Shown here: positions 19,426-31,967 of the stretch, in pieces | Position numbering within the stretch: the first letter of the stretch is position 1 | Layout: each line of letters starts with the position of its first letter | Assembly (NCBI GenBank): GCA_907165135.1 | Contig: OU015568.1 | Span: 1,488,001 to 1,552,000, forward strand | Source of the DNA: Oikopleura dioica | Taxonomy: Eukaryota > Animalia > Chordata | Reading direction: 5' to 3' | Length of the DNA stretch: 64,000 nt | Notes under the pieces: generated by a model | Database searches by the model: none | The model's input: only the letters and a program-made list of their open reading frames with translations | Told to the model about the DNA's origin: nothing | Program-made: the position numbers and the translations under genes

Positions 19426-21790
19426 CTATGCGTGAAGAGAGGCACAACTTGCGGTAATTCCATCGGCCTAAAATTACGAATAGAAGGGAAATCGATAGAA
19501 GAGTCTTACCATATCAGCTTCTTCCTTAGTCTTTCCCCTAAATCTCGCATTCGGGTTCACAGCAACATTCACTCCCAAGAAGCTCTTGGAGTTGACAATC
19601 TGGCTTCCATCTGGCGCATTGAGCATCACCGAGTTCGTCATTTCAAAACCATCCTTTTCAGCCATCATCGAAGACTTTCTCGCAGCGACGGGTTCAACTT
19701 CTTCAACAACCATTTCTTTGAGCGAGCATCGTCGACGAACCGCAACTTTAAAAAATAAATAAGATTTCGGGTTCCTCCTCGATAAACTATTGTTTGCTCA
19801 AGAACGAAGGTAATTCTAGTGATCTTTTGTGAGTTTTTCTTATCAACTGCCACCTGTCAACTGTCCTTTTTACTGGGTTATCTACTTGAAACTTCAGTTA
19901 GTAAAACAAAAATTAAGAAAAAAAGAGAGCTAAAATTCCGAAGAAAAATTAATTCAAAAAAGGTCAAAGCTCGCTCATTCAAAAATTCTTGGACTTCTCA
20001 GCTTTGTTCAACCTGCTCTAAAAAGAATGAACTTACCAGCTCCAGCGAAAGCTGCGGCAGCTAAGAGAAGCATTCCAGCGATGTAGAATACGTACGAGTA
20101 GTCTCCAGTCTTGTCGGAAATGTAGCCACCGGCCAATGGACTCAAGAGGACTCCGATCGAGGTTTCGAGCTGGATGAAAGTGATTGCATCGGAAAGAATG
20201 TCTGTTTCGACGAGTTCGGAGACGTTCGACCATTCAACACCGATGGTGAGACCGAAGCAGAGGCCGAAAATGACTCCATAGGCAGCAAAACTGTTGAAGC
20301 TCGTCACCCAAAACGGAGCGAAGAGGTTGCAACAACCGAGCGCAACGACGCAGAGGGAGAAAGTCTTAAAAAGGTTATTAGGTCAGGAAATGAGGCTCTT
20401 CCGGTCGGAGGGTTCTTAGAGTCTCAAAAATAGCTCCGGAGGTCATGATTTTTAGTTATTTGACCTATTTTTTATATTCTGCTTGTTTCTTTCTTAAGAA
20501 GCAAAAACCACAAAGTGCTTAATAATAATTCAAATTTTTAAATTTAAGCTTTATTACAATTTGATGTATCAAATAAAAGATGATTATGAGTGTGTCGAGT
20601 AGATCGTAAATAAATATTTCTAATTTACCTCAAAAGTGCCCAGCTTCTCTCTGATAAACTTCGTCGAGCACAATCTTCCTCCCAGCGGTCTTGAAATCAG
20701 ATCAATGCCAGAGCAAATTGATAAAATCTGATTTAGGATGAAAGCACTGTGGGCAAAATTTGGTCTTGCAAATGATGGGCTAGTTATTAAGTGTTTTCAT
20801 ATTCATAAAGATTTGTCATCCCTTCGCATAGCAGGTTGGTATTTCTCCAATCCGACGTTTTTGACAGCGTAGAGTTTGACGAATGGATTGACCATGAATT
20901 TGCCAGAAATTGTCAACGCAATGGACGTTGAGTACATCAGAAAATTGGGATTTCGGATAAGTCGGCCAAAGGCGTTGGAGAGTTTTTTGATAAGGGAGAG
21001 CTGGGCAGTACCGGTATGGTCACTTTTGAGGTTGATAGGGCGGAAAAAGGCGGCACCGACGCAGACATTTAATTGAATCGCACCTTTTTGAAGTTTTTTT
21101 TTTAAAGAAAATTTGGAGGAAAAGTAAATTACTTACCAACAATGAGAACAGCACCGTACATTCCAAAAGTTTCATACAGAAATTCGTAGATAAGCGGGAA
21201 GATGATCGACATCACTGGAACACCTGTCATCGAAAAGGCCAGTGCTTGTCACGTGGTTAAGCGCATAGTTTTCTTTTACGAGTAAATTCGGGGGCAAAAG
21301 TATTTTAATTTTCTTCTTTCAAAAATGCTGGCTTAGCCATTCCTTGAGGTCGTCGTTTTTTAAAGTAACGAGAAAGAGTTGCATTTCCCACAAGAATGAC
21401 ATAAGAAAAACCTAGGCCGACGAATAATCCGACTCCGATGTACAGGGCGAAGAGACTCTTGAGCAGGGCCCAGAGAATTAACCCGGATCCGCACAGGATG
21501 CCGCCGATCATCAGGGTCAGGCGGGGGCCATATTGACGGTAGATTAAGTTTCCAATAAGAGAACCTGAATTTTACTGTAATTTCCCGGTTTTACGCGCTT
21601 ATTTGACCTGAGTATTGAGTGAACATCATGATAGAAAAGACGAGAGAAGTGGTTGTGTTGTCGACTGAATACTCTTCTTTGATGTAAGGAAAAAAGATGC
21701 CGAAGGACTTTGTGAAGCCATATCCGATCCCGATGTTGATGAAGTGGCCAGCAGCTATCCACCATCCATACCCACCATCAGGGGGTCCAT
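19426..21790 (-). CDS. SLC16: Monocarboxylate transporter family (MFS)
   Basis: DPPDGGYGWWI motif, YFKKRRPQALAFSMTG, DLISRP, GGYISDKTGDYSYVFY. Last exon ADGITASCASLHA* ends at 19426. Confidence 0.92.
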
Positions 21791-24700
21791 CGTAGAGCTA
21801 AATCTGAGTGTACAAAAATCATCAAAAAAATAAGAAAAAATGGTACAAAAATAGCGAAAATTTGCTCATGGGTTAAAAAATTAGATGAAAATTAACCTTT
21901 TCTCCAGTGTGAGACCTAAAAGCCTCCATTTCTGACTGTTTTCCTTCCGAATTTTTCTTTCTTCTTTATTTTCACTTTTTCTTTATTTTCGCCCCTGTCA
22001 GTTTCTGCTTCAGACTTGTCTTCTCAGCCGACCTTTGAACTTTGTTCAACTTAATTTCATTTTTAACCTTTTGTGACTCTTTTTTTCTCAAATTAATTTG
22101 ATTCAACTATTTTGTTTTCTCTCCCAATTTGGCAGAGAGGGCCTAAAGAAAGAGAAAGATAGCTGGTGAGAAAAATATTTTTATTTCTTGCCCTTTTTTT
22201 CTCAGAGAAAGAGAGCCACTACGCAAGTTTACCACACCCCCTTAGCTATAAAAAGCCCTGCCACAAGGGCAATACGCATCATTGAAATTAATCGATACAT
22301 GGCGTTTTAAAAATGGATTTTTTGATCAGAAATTTGATGGAGACGTACCCCCTGAAGACTTTTTCTCTTTTTATTTATTCTCTCCAAAAGTAGTTTTTTG
22401 GCGGCGTCAAATATTGGCAGGGCATTACAAAACTCTCATGCTCTCACTTAGAACTTCATTTTTTCTTCCTGATATTTGCCTACCTGCTTCAGAAAATTGC
22501 ACCAGCAGCCAATTTTCAGAGATTTTTTTTTTGTCTCTTCTTCTATTTCTCTGTTATTTCAACCTTCATTGATTCCTGTTATCAAGTAGAAAAATGAATA
22601 ATTCTCTCATTTAAAAAAGGCTCTTTTGACCTCGGAAAACAGATGAGTCCAAAAAAAGTAGGCAGAAATACAAAGAAAAATAACTGAGTTCGTCGAGTTT
22701 TTGGCGCCGCGCCAAAGTTACGAAATCAGCTTTTTTTCAACTTGACGACATTTCTTGACGATAGAGGAAAACTCTTTCAAATTCGACCTTAGAAATCATT
22801 AAAATTCCTTGGGGATGAGACAGACGTCGCTATGATTAAATCAATTGTCTGTCTGTACTACTAATAATCAATTATTCTTTAGCTAAAGAGTTTATTATTA
22901 TTTTTCAATATTTTAACAAAAAAAGAATGAAATCTGACGACGAAGATTTTTCGACGAAAGTTTAGTTTTGATTTATTCACGAAAATTGCCTCTCATAAAA
23001 ATTTAATCGAAAGAAAATGAAAATCAACCTGACGTGATTTTCAATTACGATTTTATCTAATTCTTCTTTTAATGAAATTCAGCTGAAACGTCGCCATTTT
23101 CACGGGCAACGGGTTTGACCACCGCAAATGACAAGAAGTTTGAATAACTTGAGAAATTTCAAATCAAAAAATTTCAGTCCAACGTTCTGTCTCTTGACCC
23201 TTTTCGCCCTCTATCTCTGCCAACAAGATTGGAACGTGGTCTACCACTGTGACCGGTCAGTTTTGCGGGGGCTTAGCGGTCGAGAACAGCTGATATTTTT
23301 GCATTTTCCAGCGGGTTTGAATTGACATTCCAGAGTTTCTCGCAAAAAATCATAATCGTCATTTTCATTTCTTTCTGATGAAGAGCCTGACTCAGGTTTC
23401 TACACAGGTCGTCAAGCTGAATTAAAGAAAATTGATGTTGAAAGCACGCTGAAAATATGTTTCGTCAAGAGATAAGTGATCGAAGAAAGCTGTTTCGACA
23501 GAAAGCCGGACTTGGAATCGGTCCTGTCCGACATGGTTGAATTTGATAATAATATTTACAAACGAATTTCGGCTATTTGACTTGTTTTTCCTCGAGACTT
23601 TTTCGAAGCCTTTTTAGAGCGGTTTTTAAGGAGCGTTAATTGCGTTAACGGACATTCTGCGTTAACGTTTATGAGCCGCGTTAATTAACCCTCTCTATAT
23701 TTTAGAAAGAAGAAGAAAAATGGTAATTTTCATCGCGAGAAGAACGTGTAACGGGGATGACAACAAAAGCCAGCGGGTAAGCCAGGAGCTCGAAAAGGGA
23801 TCTGTTTCTGGATTGACGCCCTAAGCTTGTTTTCTTTCCTTGAAGCTCGGGAAATGGGATTGTCGAGTTTTCAATTATTAATTTTGTTGCAGGTGACTTT
23901 GTTACTTGGTTCCCAGAAAATTTCGTAAAGAGCTCAATTTTGGATGAGAAAGTTCTTGATAAAAATTTTCACGGGGGAATATCGCGCCTTGGCTGATCTT
24001 TTCTTAGACGGCGAAATCACTTGGCGCAAAACCAGTTGGTTGAGCCGTTGACATTTTTGCGCAAGAGGAAAAACTCGCGGCTCCAGTCTTTGAGGCGTCT
24101 ATTGATCTTCTTCTTCTTCAGAATCTACTGAATTTCAGAATTTGGTAGTCTGACATTAAATGCTCGAATAAGATCGCGTTTTATCTCGTTCGTGCGGGCT
24201 TAGGCGGATAAGCCGCCCGCCTGTGTGAGTACCTTCTTATTAGCGATATCGAAATGAACACACGTTTTGAGAGGATAAGGTTCAAAAGAAGCTTTTTTTT
24301 CTTATTACCCAAAATTTTGAATAGGACGACGGAAGAATGAGTTGATAGAAGAGATGATAAACAAGCTACCGATAAAAGTAGAAGACGAAAAAGCGGCACC
24401 ATGCGAGCGGATATTTTTTTCTTTCAGAGTCGGAGGACCTCGCTTGCTGGAGGACTTCCATTATTGGAGAAAAAATCTCTTCTGACTAAAATTTTTCTCA
24501 TTTTCAATTATAAAATCGTTGTCTGAAAAAAACTTCGCCCCTCTCTGCAAGTTTCCATCGGCGGCGACGTCTGCTCTTGTGAATGAACTAGCAATTTCGG
24601 CAAATTACGAGATAATCACACGTTCAACCGTTTCTAAACCGACGATTTCGAAGCCGCTAATCTCGGCTAAAAATTCCGCCACGAAACCACTTTTGATTTC

Positions 24701-25077
24701 TGTCACTTCAAGCGTCTCTTGATGGTGACGTAGCCGACCACTGGGAACGGGGTAGAAAGATGACAGGTGGCGTTACTTCCCGAAACTCGTGACTTTCAAG
24801 CATCTTCTTCTTTTTTTGAAGAAAAAGCTGACTGAGTAAAAGGAGATTTCATCATAAAAAAATGAAAAAGGGGACCCTTCATTTTATCAATAAAAAGCGT
24901 CTTCGAAGAATTATCAAAAATGGTCCCTCTTTAGATATTCCCATATCTCAAAGTGGTAGACAGAATCTCTCTTTAGAAATGCTGAATATTCATTAGCAAA
25001 TTTATAAGGAAACTTTTATCTTTTTATTGAAAGTTCAGACTCTGAACTTCAAAGAAAATATTTACAGTCGTTTAAAA

Positions 25078-26294
25078 TTATGGCAGATAACCGAACATTT
25101 CAAAATCGGCTCGATAAAGTTCCAATATATTTTCGAGAACGTCGATATTTTTATGCCTTCTTTGATATCATGAAACCTCATTTTATGACCAAATACTCAA
25201 AGGTCTTTTTTTTACGGAAAACCCTTTGGTTTCTTTCATATCTTCCTGAGATGCTTCAGTTCTTCGTGAAAAGTGCTTGTTGAATGAGTTGTATGATTAT
25301 TGAGCTTTTTGAAGACCGGCTGCAATATATTTTTGGTGATATTTCCAGCTGGATTTATACGTGCTAGAATGTCATCAATCGCCGCTTGAATATTCTTCGT
25401 ATCATAAACAACATCCCAATCGTGTTCACAGATTTCGCACATTTTTGAGATCGGTTTCCAGTGAATATCCGACTCGTGGTTATTTTCGATCGTCAACCAT
25501 TTCAGAAATTCTTTGAAAGAAACGATGCCAGACGGAGTTATCTTGAAGCGAATCCGATTGAATTGAGTTTTTGTGCTATTCATGTTTCTTGATATCTTAT
25601 CTTTCCAAGCGGAGTACAGTCGCTCCAGTGGCTAAAAAATTATCAGCAACTGTATTAAATTGTCAAAAAACATGTCGAACAAGAAGAAACTTGAAATCAA
25701 CCTCCTCTTCTTTTGTCATTTTAAGGGGATGCAGGCAATTATCTTGGGTGCATTCAGGGTTGTATCGAAAATCACCGGCAATAAGGCTCTCACAGCTGAT
25801 TTTCTCAATTTCATCGAGGTTTAAGAATCCAGTAGCAGCAAGTATCGTAGCCATAATTGTTGTTGACCCTGATTTTGGGGCTAAACACGTAGAAAAACTG
25901 ACGTTTTCCAGTGATTTTCCTTTTTCTCATGTTCCAATTTCGCTTTGCTTTCTGGAGTTATGGGAGTTTCAATAGATAATTTAGATAAAACGTGGTCTAA
26001 AAATATGCCTTGTTTTTAAAAGAAACAAAGAATAATTACGGATATTTTGCAAACCGTAGTTAAGGTTCAATTGATGCGGATTGAACATGTCCCTGTGATG
26101 ATTCTTGAGTTTTTCTCAAAATTCTGCCTCTCTTTATTTTTTTGACAATATGATTTCAGGGCTTCGAGACTGGCAGACGTTTCAAGCCCCATGAAATTTT
26201 GTTTTTCTCTTCTCTCTTCGGTCTGTTTGACTGTATAAAAGAACAAGACTAAAGCACTTAATTGAAAAACATAAAGAACTAATTTCTTCCTCAT
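25078..26294 (-). CDS. Carbohydrate sulfotransferase (Sulfotransfer_2, CHST11-14-like), type II membrane
   Basis: N-terminal TM segment, 5'-PSB CLAPKSGSTT, 3'-PB LVRHPLERLYSAWKDK, DIHWKP..MCEIC, C-terminal LELYRADFEMFGY. Confidence 0.88.
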
Positions 26295-26589
26295 TTTACC
26301 ACCTTTTTTATTTATTCAAAACAGAGCTCGATAATTTGAATATTTGAAGACCATAAAAATCAAAAGCAAACACGAGAAAATCACTCATTTCAAGAAAGGA
26401 TTCATCATTTTTTTCGAAGCATCTGAAGAAATTCCTGATCGAATTTCAGAACGTTGTTTCTAACCATAGAAGATACTTAGATCAAGTACCTCCACAAGCT
26501 GCTCCTCCAATTTTTGGAAGTATGACGCTTTTTCTAAAGGACCTTTTTGCTGTTTCCCAAAATTTCAAATTTTCAAGCTCCCGTTTCTA

Positions 26590-27046
26590 TTCTGGAAAAG
26601 CTTAAATTTCATGAACATCGTCATTTTTTTCTTGAAAATCATCAACTAATCTCAAAGACGATTGGCAATCAAAATTATAAAATAATCACTGCTTTTGCTA
26701 AGGGCGTAACGACCGGTTTTGAACCTTTTAAAACGCAGTTTGCCACTTTTTTTTCCTTTTTGAGAAGTTCAATGAATTTTCAGTTTTAGCACGTTCTCGT
26801 ATTTTTTCCAGTTTTGATATTCCAGATTGTTGTTTTATCCGACAGCGAATATGCTCAAAAGAAAAACAGCGCGGCGTTGAGAAAATATTTGAGGATCGAG
26901 GTGTTTAACGGGATTTGTCTTGCTCAATTTCAAATCTCATGCCAGCTTTGTTCATCAAATTCGCAGCTTACAGGGAGAATGGGATTAATAGAGGCTCGAT
27001 CATAGAGTGCTTGAAAAATAGTCCAGCTCTTATTTCTCTGAACTAA
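26590..27046 (+). CDS. Probable orphan gene (5' end unresolved)
   Basis: Three exons join in frame over GT-AG introns: ...IITAFAKGVTTDCCFIRQRICSKEKQRGVEKIFEDRALFIKFAAYRENGINRGSIIECLKNSPALISLN*. Confidence 0.35.
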
Positions 27047-27562
27047 GTTCAGTGAACTCTAAGGGAAAAGATTAAAGCTTTTCAAGCTGTTCTTGCTCAT
27101 ATTTCTCAATGACACCCTTATTTTTCGGGTGCGATAATAGTGTCGTTTGAAATTTTAACAGTACTAAAAAGTCACGAAATTTCGAACGAAAGTCTCCTTT
27201 TTTTATGTTTTATTGACCAAAATATTTACAGAAAAAATAAGGGTATCACTGTGTTAATTCAACCGTGTTCTTAAAACTTACTTTTTGTGAATGATGAGAT
27301 TTTCATTGAACAAGACAGCATCGAAAATCATCATCCTTAACATTCCCTTTCAAATCAAAAGGGGCAATCAAACAAGCCACATTAAAAAAGCTTAGCAGAA
27401 TTCAACTTTTCATGACAACTCCGAAAAACGCGGGAACACGTGCCGCCGCACCTCGCGCGCGCCACCAGAGGTATCATTTAAAAGCCTCAAGAAGAAGAAG
27501 AAAATCATCCTTTTTTTAATTTATCGAGATAAAGTTAAAAAAACCTAGAAAAAACAGAAGAT

Positions 27563-28594
27563 ATGAGAGTTGAAATCGGTAAGTTTTCATCAGAGATTTT
27601 GGATTTTGTTTTGTGACAAAAAATCAAGCTAGTTTTTAAAATTTTTGAGAGAATAAAAGAATAATTAAATAAGAAGATCATTATTTAAACTCTCCTTTTT
27701 CTAGTCACAATCGCCCTTGCCGAAGCCGCCAACCGAGGATACGTCATTCCCCCAGCAAACCAAGTCAATCTCCGCGGCCGTTGCGCCTTTGGCCGTCCCT
27801 GTGACAACCACAAACTTTCCTACGGCTGCGAAATCTTCTCCAACGACGCCGAAACTGATGCACCAAAGGGCGTCTGCTGGAGCGAGTGCACTGGCTACCT
27901 TCCCCGATCAAATGGCGAAGGCGCGTTCATGTACGAAGGATGGTGCTACAACTTGAATTCGAAGCACTCGATGGCAGCTGAACTTAGCGGCAAGAAAAAC
28001 CGACATCGACGGGCGAGAATGAGCGAGGAGGAAATGATTGCGATGGAAGAGGCGAAGGTCGAAGCGCAGGAGGAAGATATTGCCTTGGAGGAGTACAATG
28101 GCATGATTTCAGAGGTAAGATCAAAGAGAAAAAGACTCGTTTTTCGAGTCGAGAATCGTTTTTCCGGGCTTGGCAACCTGTGTGTTAACATGAGTTAGGG
28201 ACTTAAAAGAGCCTTTTAGGGCTTCGCCATGATTATATAACTCATTGAATTGTATTTCGAGGCTTTCTCCGAACCCTGACTCAGGATTTCACACAGGTCT
28301 AGCCTTTTCGAGTCAAAAAGAGCGTCCCTAGCTGGGATCGAACCAGCAACCTCTCGATTAACAGTCGAACGCGCTAACCAATTGCGCCATAGAGACATGT
28401 TGACTGAAGCGGGAGTTGTTAAATTTGAAGCATTCTAAGCATTGACATTCCTCCCTTTTTAGTTCGACTCTGGATTCCTGATCGACCGACCGTTGGAACT
28501 TTACGAAACGTGTTCGCAAGATTCCGACTGTGCGGAAATCGCAAAAATGTGCGCGATTGGATGCTCGAATCAAGTTGAATACAACGAGCAATAG
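27563..28594 (+). CDS. 185-aa secreted Cys-rich orphan protein with internal basic/acidic insert
   Basis: join(27563-27578,27705-28114,28463-28594), with phases consistent across GT-AG introns. Contains GVCWSECTG, EGWCYN, RHRRAR and ETCSQDSDCAEIAKMCAIGC. Confidence 0.75.
28323..28396 (-). tRNA. trnN-GTT: tRNA-Asn(GTT)
   Basis: GTCTCTATGGCGCAATTGGTTAGCGCGTTCGACTGTTAATCGAGAGGTTGCTGGTTCGATCCCAGCTAGGGACG: paired acceptor stem, A and B boxes, GTT anticodon, T5 terminator at 28315-28319. Confidence 0.95.
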
Positions 28595-29022
28595 TAATTC
28601 CATCATTCGACTCTTACTGTAACTCTTCAACTGTACAACGTTCTCTCTCTTTTGGAAATTCTCTCTTTTCTTCTTGTGAATCTTTATAATTTCTCCCCAG
28701 TTTTTGGGATAAAAATCTGTTTGACAATTTTGGTCGATAAAGAAGCTTGAATGCTGAACTTTATTGATGGCTTTCTTTTTAACACAAAACAACAAAAAAA
28801 AATTGATAAAAATTTTAATTTTCCTGTAAATAAACATTCCACTTTCAAAATCCACTGCATAATTTTCTTGAAAAGGGAAAATAATCGGGTCTACCACCAA
28901 TTTTTTTATTACTCAGAATCATTGATTTTCAAAAGGCCTTTTCAAAATAACAGTTATTTTAAAAGCTTTTTATTAAAAAAAAAACAGATTCTCAAATTTA
29001 GTTTTCTTTTTCAGATTTTTCT

Positions 29023-30109
29023 TTAGCATCCGGCAAGGCAAGAAGAATCGGCTGACTCGCAGACTTTGACCTGAAATTTTTCATAGAAAAAGCGCTAGAA
29101 AAAAATGCTTACGTCGCAGCTCATGGTGTAAGTTCCAGAAGTGGCATTGGGGAAAAGGAAGGAGTTGAACTGGAACTGAATCGCTGCAGCATCGGATTGG
29201 CCAGAAAAGCCGAACTGGAAGTCAACGATTGCATTTGGGCAGACGTTGAGGACTTCGAGGGTCGAGCTGCCGTCGGTGACGGAGCAGTAGGTGGTGACGA
29301 AGTCGGTGCCGGGGATGGCCGAGACGGGGGTCAGTTCACCGTAGATTGGGTTTCCGACTGCGGTTGAAATGGTGCTAGAATTTCGATGAATTAAAAGATT
29401 TTGAAAATATTTTACCTCAAATCAGCGACAGTTGCGTAGTCGTTTGCGGTGTAAAAGTCCATATTGAAAGCGAGTGGAACGGCGGTGGATTGAACATCGT
29501 TGATGTCGAAGGAGGTGACGACGGCGGGATTGTCGACTTTGATGGCGGAACTGACGCTGGTCTCACCTTCGTAGAGGCAAGAGAAGTCAACGGAGACGGG
29601 GCGGTCGGTGATGATGCCGTTTACTTCACCAGCGGCGGCGGCGAGCGTGTTCTAGAGTCGGAGATAAATATGAAACGAAAAAGAAAAGAGGATTTACGGA
29701 GAATGTGAAATCAGGGGCGCTGTAAGCCATAGTAGCGCCACAGCCATCCACGGAACCGCTTTGGAGAAGCCACTTGGTGTTGTCTAGGGGGTCTTCAATC
29801 GCAGTGCAGGTGGGATCGGCAAGAGAAAGGCCAGTATCGGCAACCCCTAAACCTTCATCAGGACAGATTTCTTACATTTGACAAACCTGGGAAGACGCAT
29901 TTATCGACTCGAACTTCCGAGCCAGTAGTGGAGCACGTGACGCTAGCCCGGCCTGTCTCGATGATGCAGGTCATGCTGTCGGAATCCAAGGTCCAGCAGG
30001 CGGGACAGCTACAAACGCCGGAATCACAAAAGTGCGAGCACCCTCCATTGTTTCCGTCATAGCAATCTGCGGCGACGGAGGCGATGAAAAAGGCGGCGGA
30101 AAGTTTCAT
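29023..30109 (-). CDS. Secreted EGF-like plus ZP-domain protein
   Basis: Signal MKLSAAFFIASVAA, EGF-like CYDGNNGGCSHFC..CSCPACWTL..D..TC, then ZP-pattern Cys (GCG, VDFSCLY, YCSVTD, FQFNSFLF, MSCDVKVC). No TM segment. Confidence 0.8.
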
Positions 30110-31016
30110 TTTTCTTTTCGGTTCGTTTCAAAAACAGGAAATTAAAATGATTTCTCTTTTAATCTCTCTGATTCAAAAGGTAAAATTTGAAAGATGGATC
30201 AGAATGAAGCCAAATGAAAAAAATCATCGGTTTCAAGACGAGCTCCGAGATGTATCGTGAAGATCCGAAGTGATAAAACGGGAATGATAAAATCAGCTGG
30301 AGCCAGAAAAAAGGCTGAAAACGTCATCGTTTCGAGGCAGGATATATTTCATTGCCGTTCAATTTTGATAAATTTGATTTTTCTCCCCAAAAAATCGACT
30401 CCCCTAAAAACACGATTCCGCGAAAACCCGGTCTTTTTCAGAATTGATCCCCGCCCGGGGGGTTCAACCCGGTTCCATTCAATCCCTCTTTTTCCGCACG
30501 TTGCATAAAAGCAAAAAAATAATTGTTGAAGAGAAAATCAAGAAAAAAATGTTGCCGCACATCCATTCTGTTCTTTATGCGATTATTGGTTTTCTGTTTA
30601 TGCTAATTTTTGTTCTGATTGCCATTCAATAAAATAAAAAGATGATGAAAAATGTTGAAATTTTTTTATTTTAGTTTTGCTTGACAAGATTTGTTTCAGT
30701 AAGATAGTCGACCACGGGAATTTCAACTTGCGTCTTTTTCCAGGATCAAAATTTTTCATTGATTGATGAATCAAAAATAATGGTTCTTCTGTACGTAGCA
30801 TAATTAAAACCGGGCATCTTGAAGTCTGAGTTATTTGATCCTGTTCCTGATCATGAGCTTCGCGGACAAGAAATTTATCATGGACAATATTAATATTATC
30901 TTAATTATAAGGCATTTAGTATAAAAAACATTCCTACCTGGAGCGTAAGTGACGGGCTCATTTCCAACTCTTCTGGCCAATCGACCATTGCTTAATTTTA
31001 ATATTTTCTTTCGAAG

Positions 31017-31179
31017 GTAGATTGGGGTTATCATTTGAGCCGCCCCTAACCCTAAACCTAACGCAGGGGGCAAGGGACCCCGCATTAAGACTTCCCTGTC
31101 CCTAACCCTAACCACTAGCCCAGATTCTTGAGATATAGGATGGCTCGAATCAGAGGCTCGAATAATAACCCCTATCTAC
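31017..31179. mobile_element. ~160-bp MITE with GGGGTTATCATTYGAGCC termini and internal CCCTAA repeats (family A, copy 1)
   Basis: GTAGATTGGGGTTATCATTTGAGCC pairs with GGCTCGAATAATAACCCCTATCTAC. Homologous copy at 60972-61157. Confidence 0.75.
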
Positions 31180-31967
31180 GCTTTCAAATCATGCTATTTT
31201 TGTCGATAGTTCGAAATTAATTATGAGATGCTTATAAATTTAAATTAAAAGCGGACCTTTTGTGGGCAGCCCATTTATCAGCCATGTCGTATTCCTTAGC
31301 ATTCATGTTTTTTCGCGCGGTATTCACTCCTGCCACCAAATACTGAAAATATGAAAAGTTATCTTGTTAAAATAGGGAGCTCCCCATATTATAATTTTTC
31401 AAAGTAAGACTCACATTTAGAAAAGCGTTTCCTTCGACTTCTTTTCTGTCTGTCCTTCTTCCGTTATTGATCGAGTATCTTGTCGGAACCGACATTTTTA
31501 GCAATGTCGAAATGTCAAAAACGTGTCAGATTTTCACTTTTGAAATTCTGATGATTTTTGTGCCCAGAAGAAGCTCGTAAGGACAAGGTGCTAAGCCAGG
31601 ACAGATGAGAGCGAATACAGATTCTGTGCTCGATTTTCATTCTTGACATAATTCACGATGAAAACTCCAGGAAAGCAGTTTTATTTGTGGATTTTGATCG
31701 CTTTTCTTCATTTTCGAAATTTTCGAATTTAGCGGGACATGTCTCGGGAGACGCGTGGACAAGATGATAAATAGAAATTCGGGGGAAATAAAATTGTGTA
31801 GTCGTGAATTTTATCTTTGTTTACATGCTTAATTGTCTCCTAAGCATTTCTGCATTATCTTTGTCTAGCTGGCTATTTATTCTCTTATTGACAATAAGTT
31901 ATTGTAAATACAAATTTGAAACATCAAATGAGGGGAAGAGTTTGAAAATAATCATTTTCTTAGAATA

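Noticed and set aside
20700-20830. Further non-canonical intron in SLC16 after GLEKYQP
   Set aside because: Several donor/acceptor pairs are possible and cannot be resolved without cDNA.
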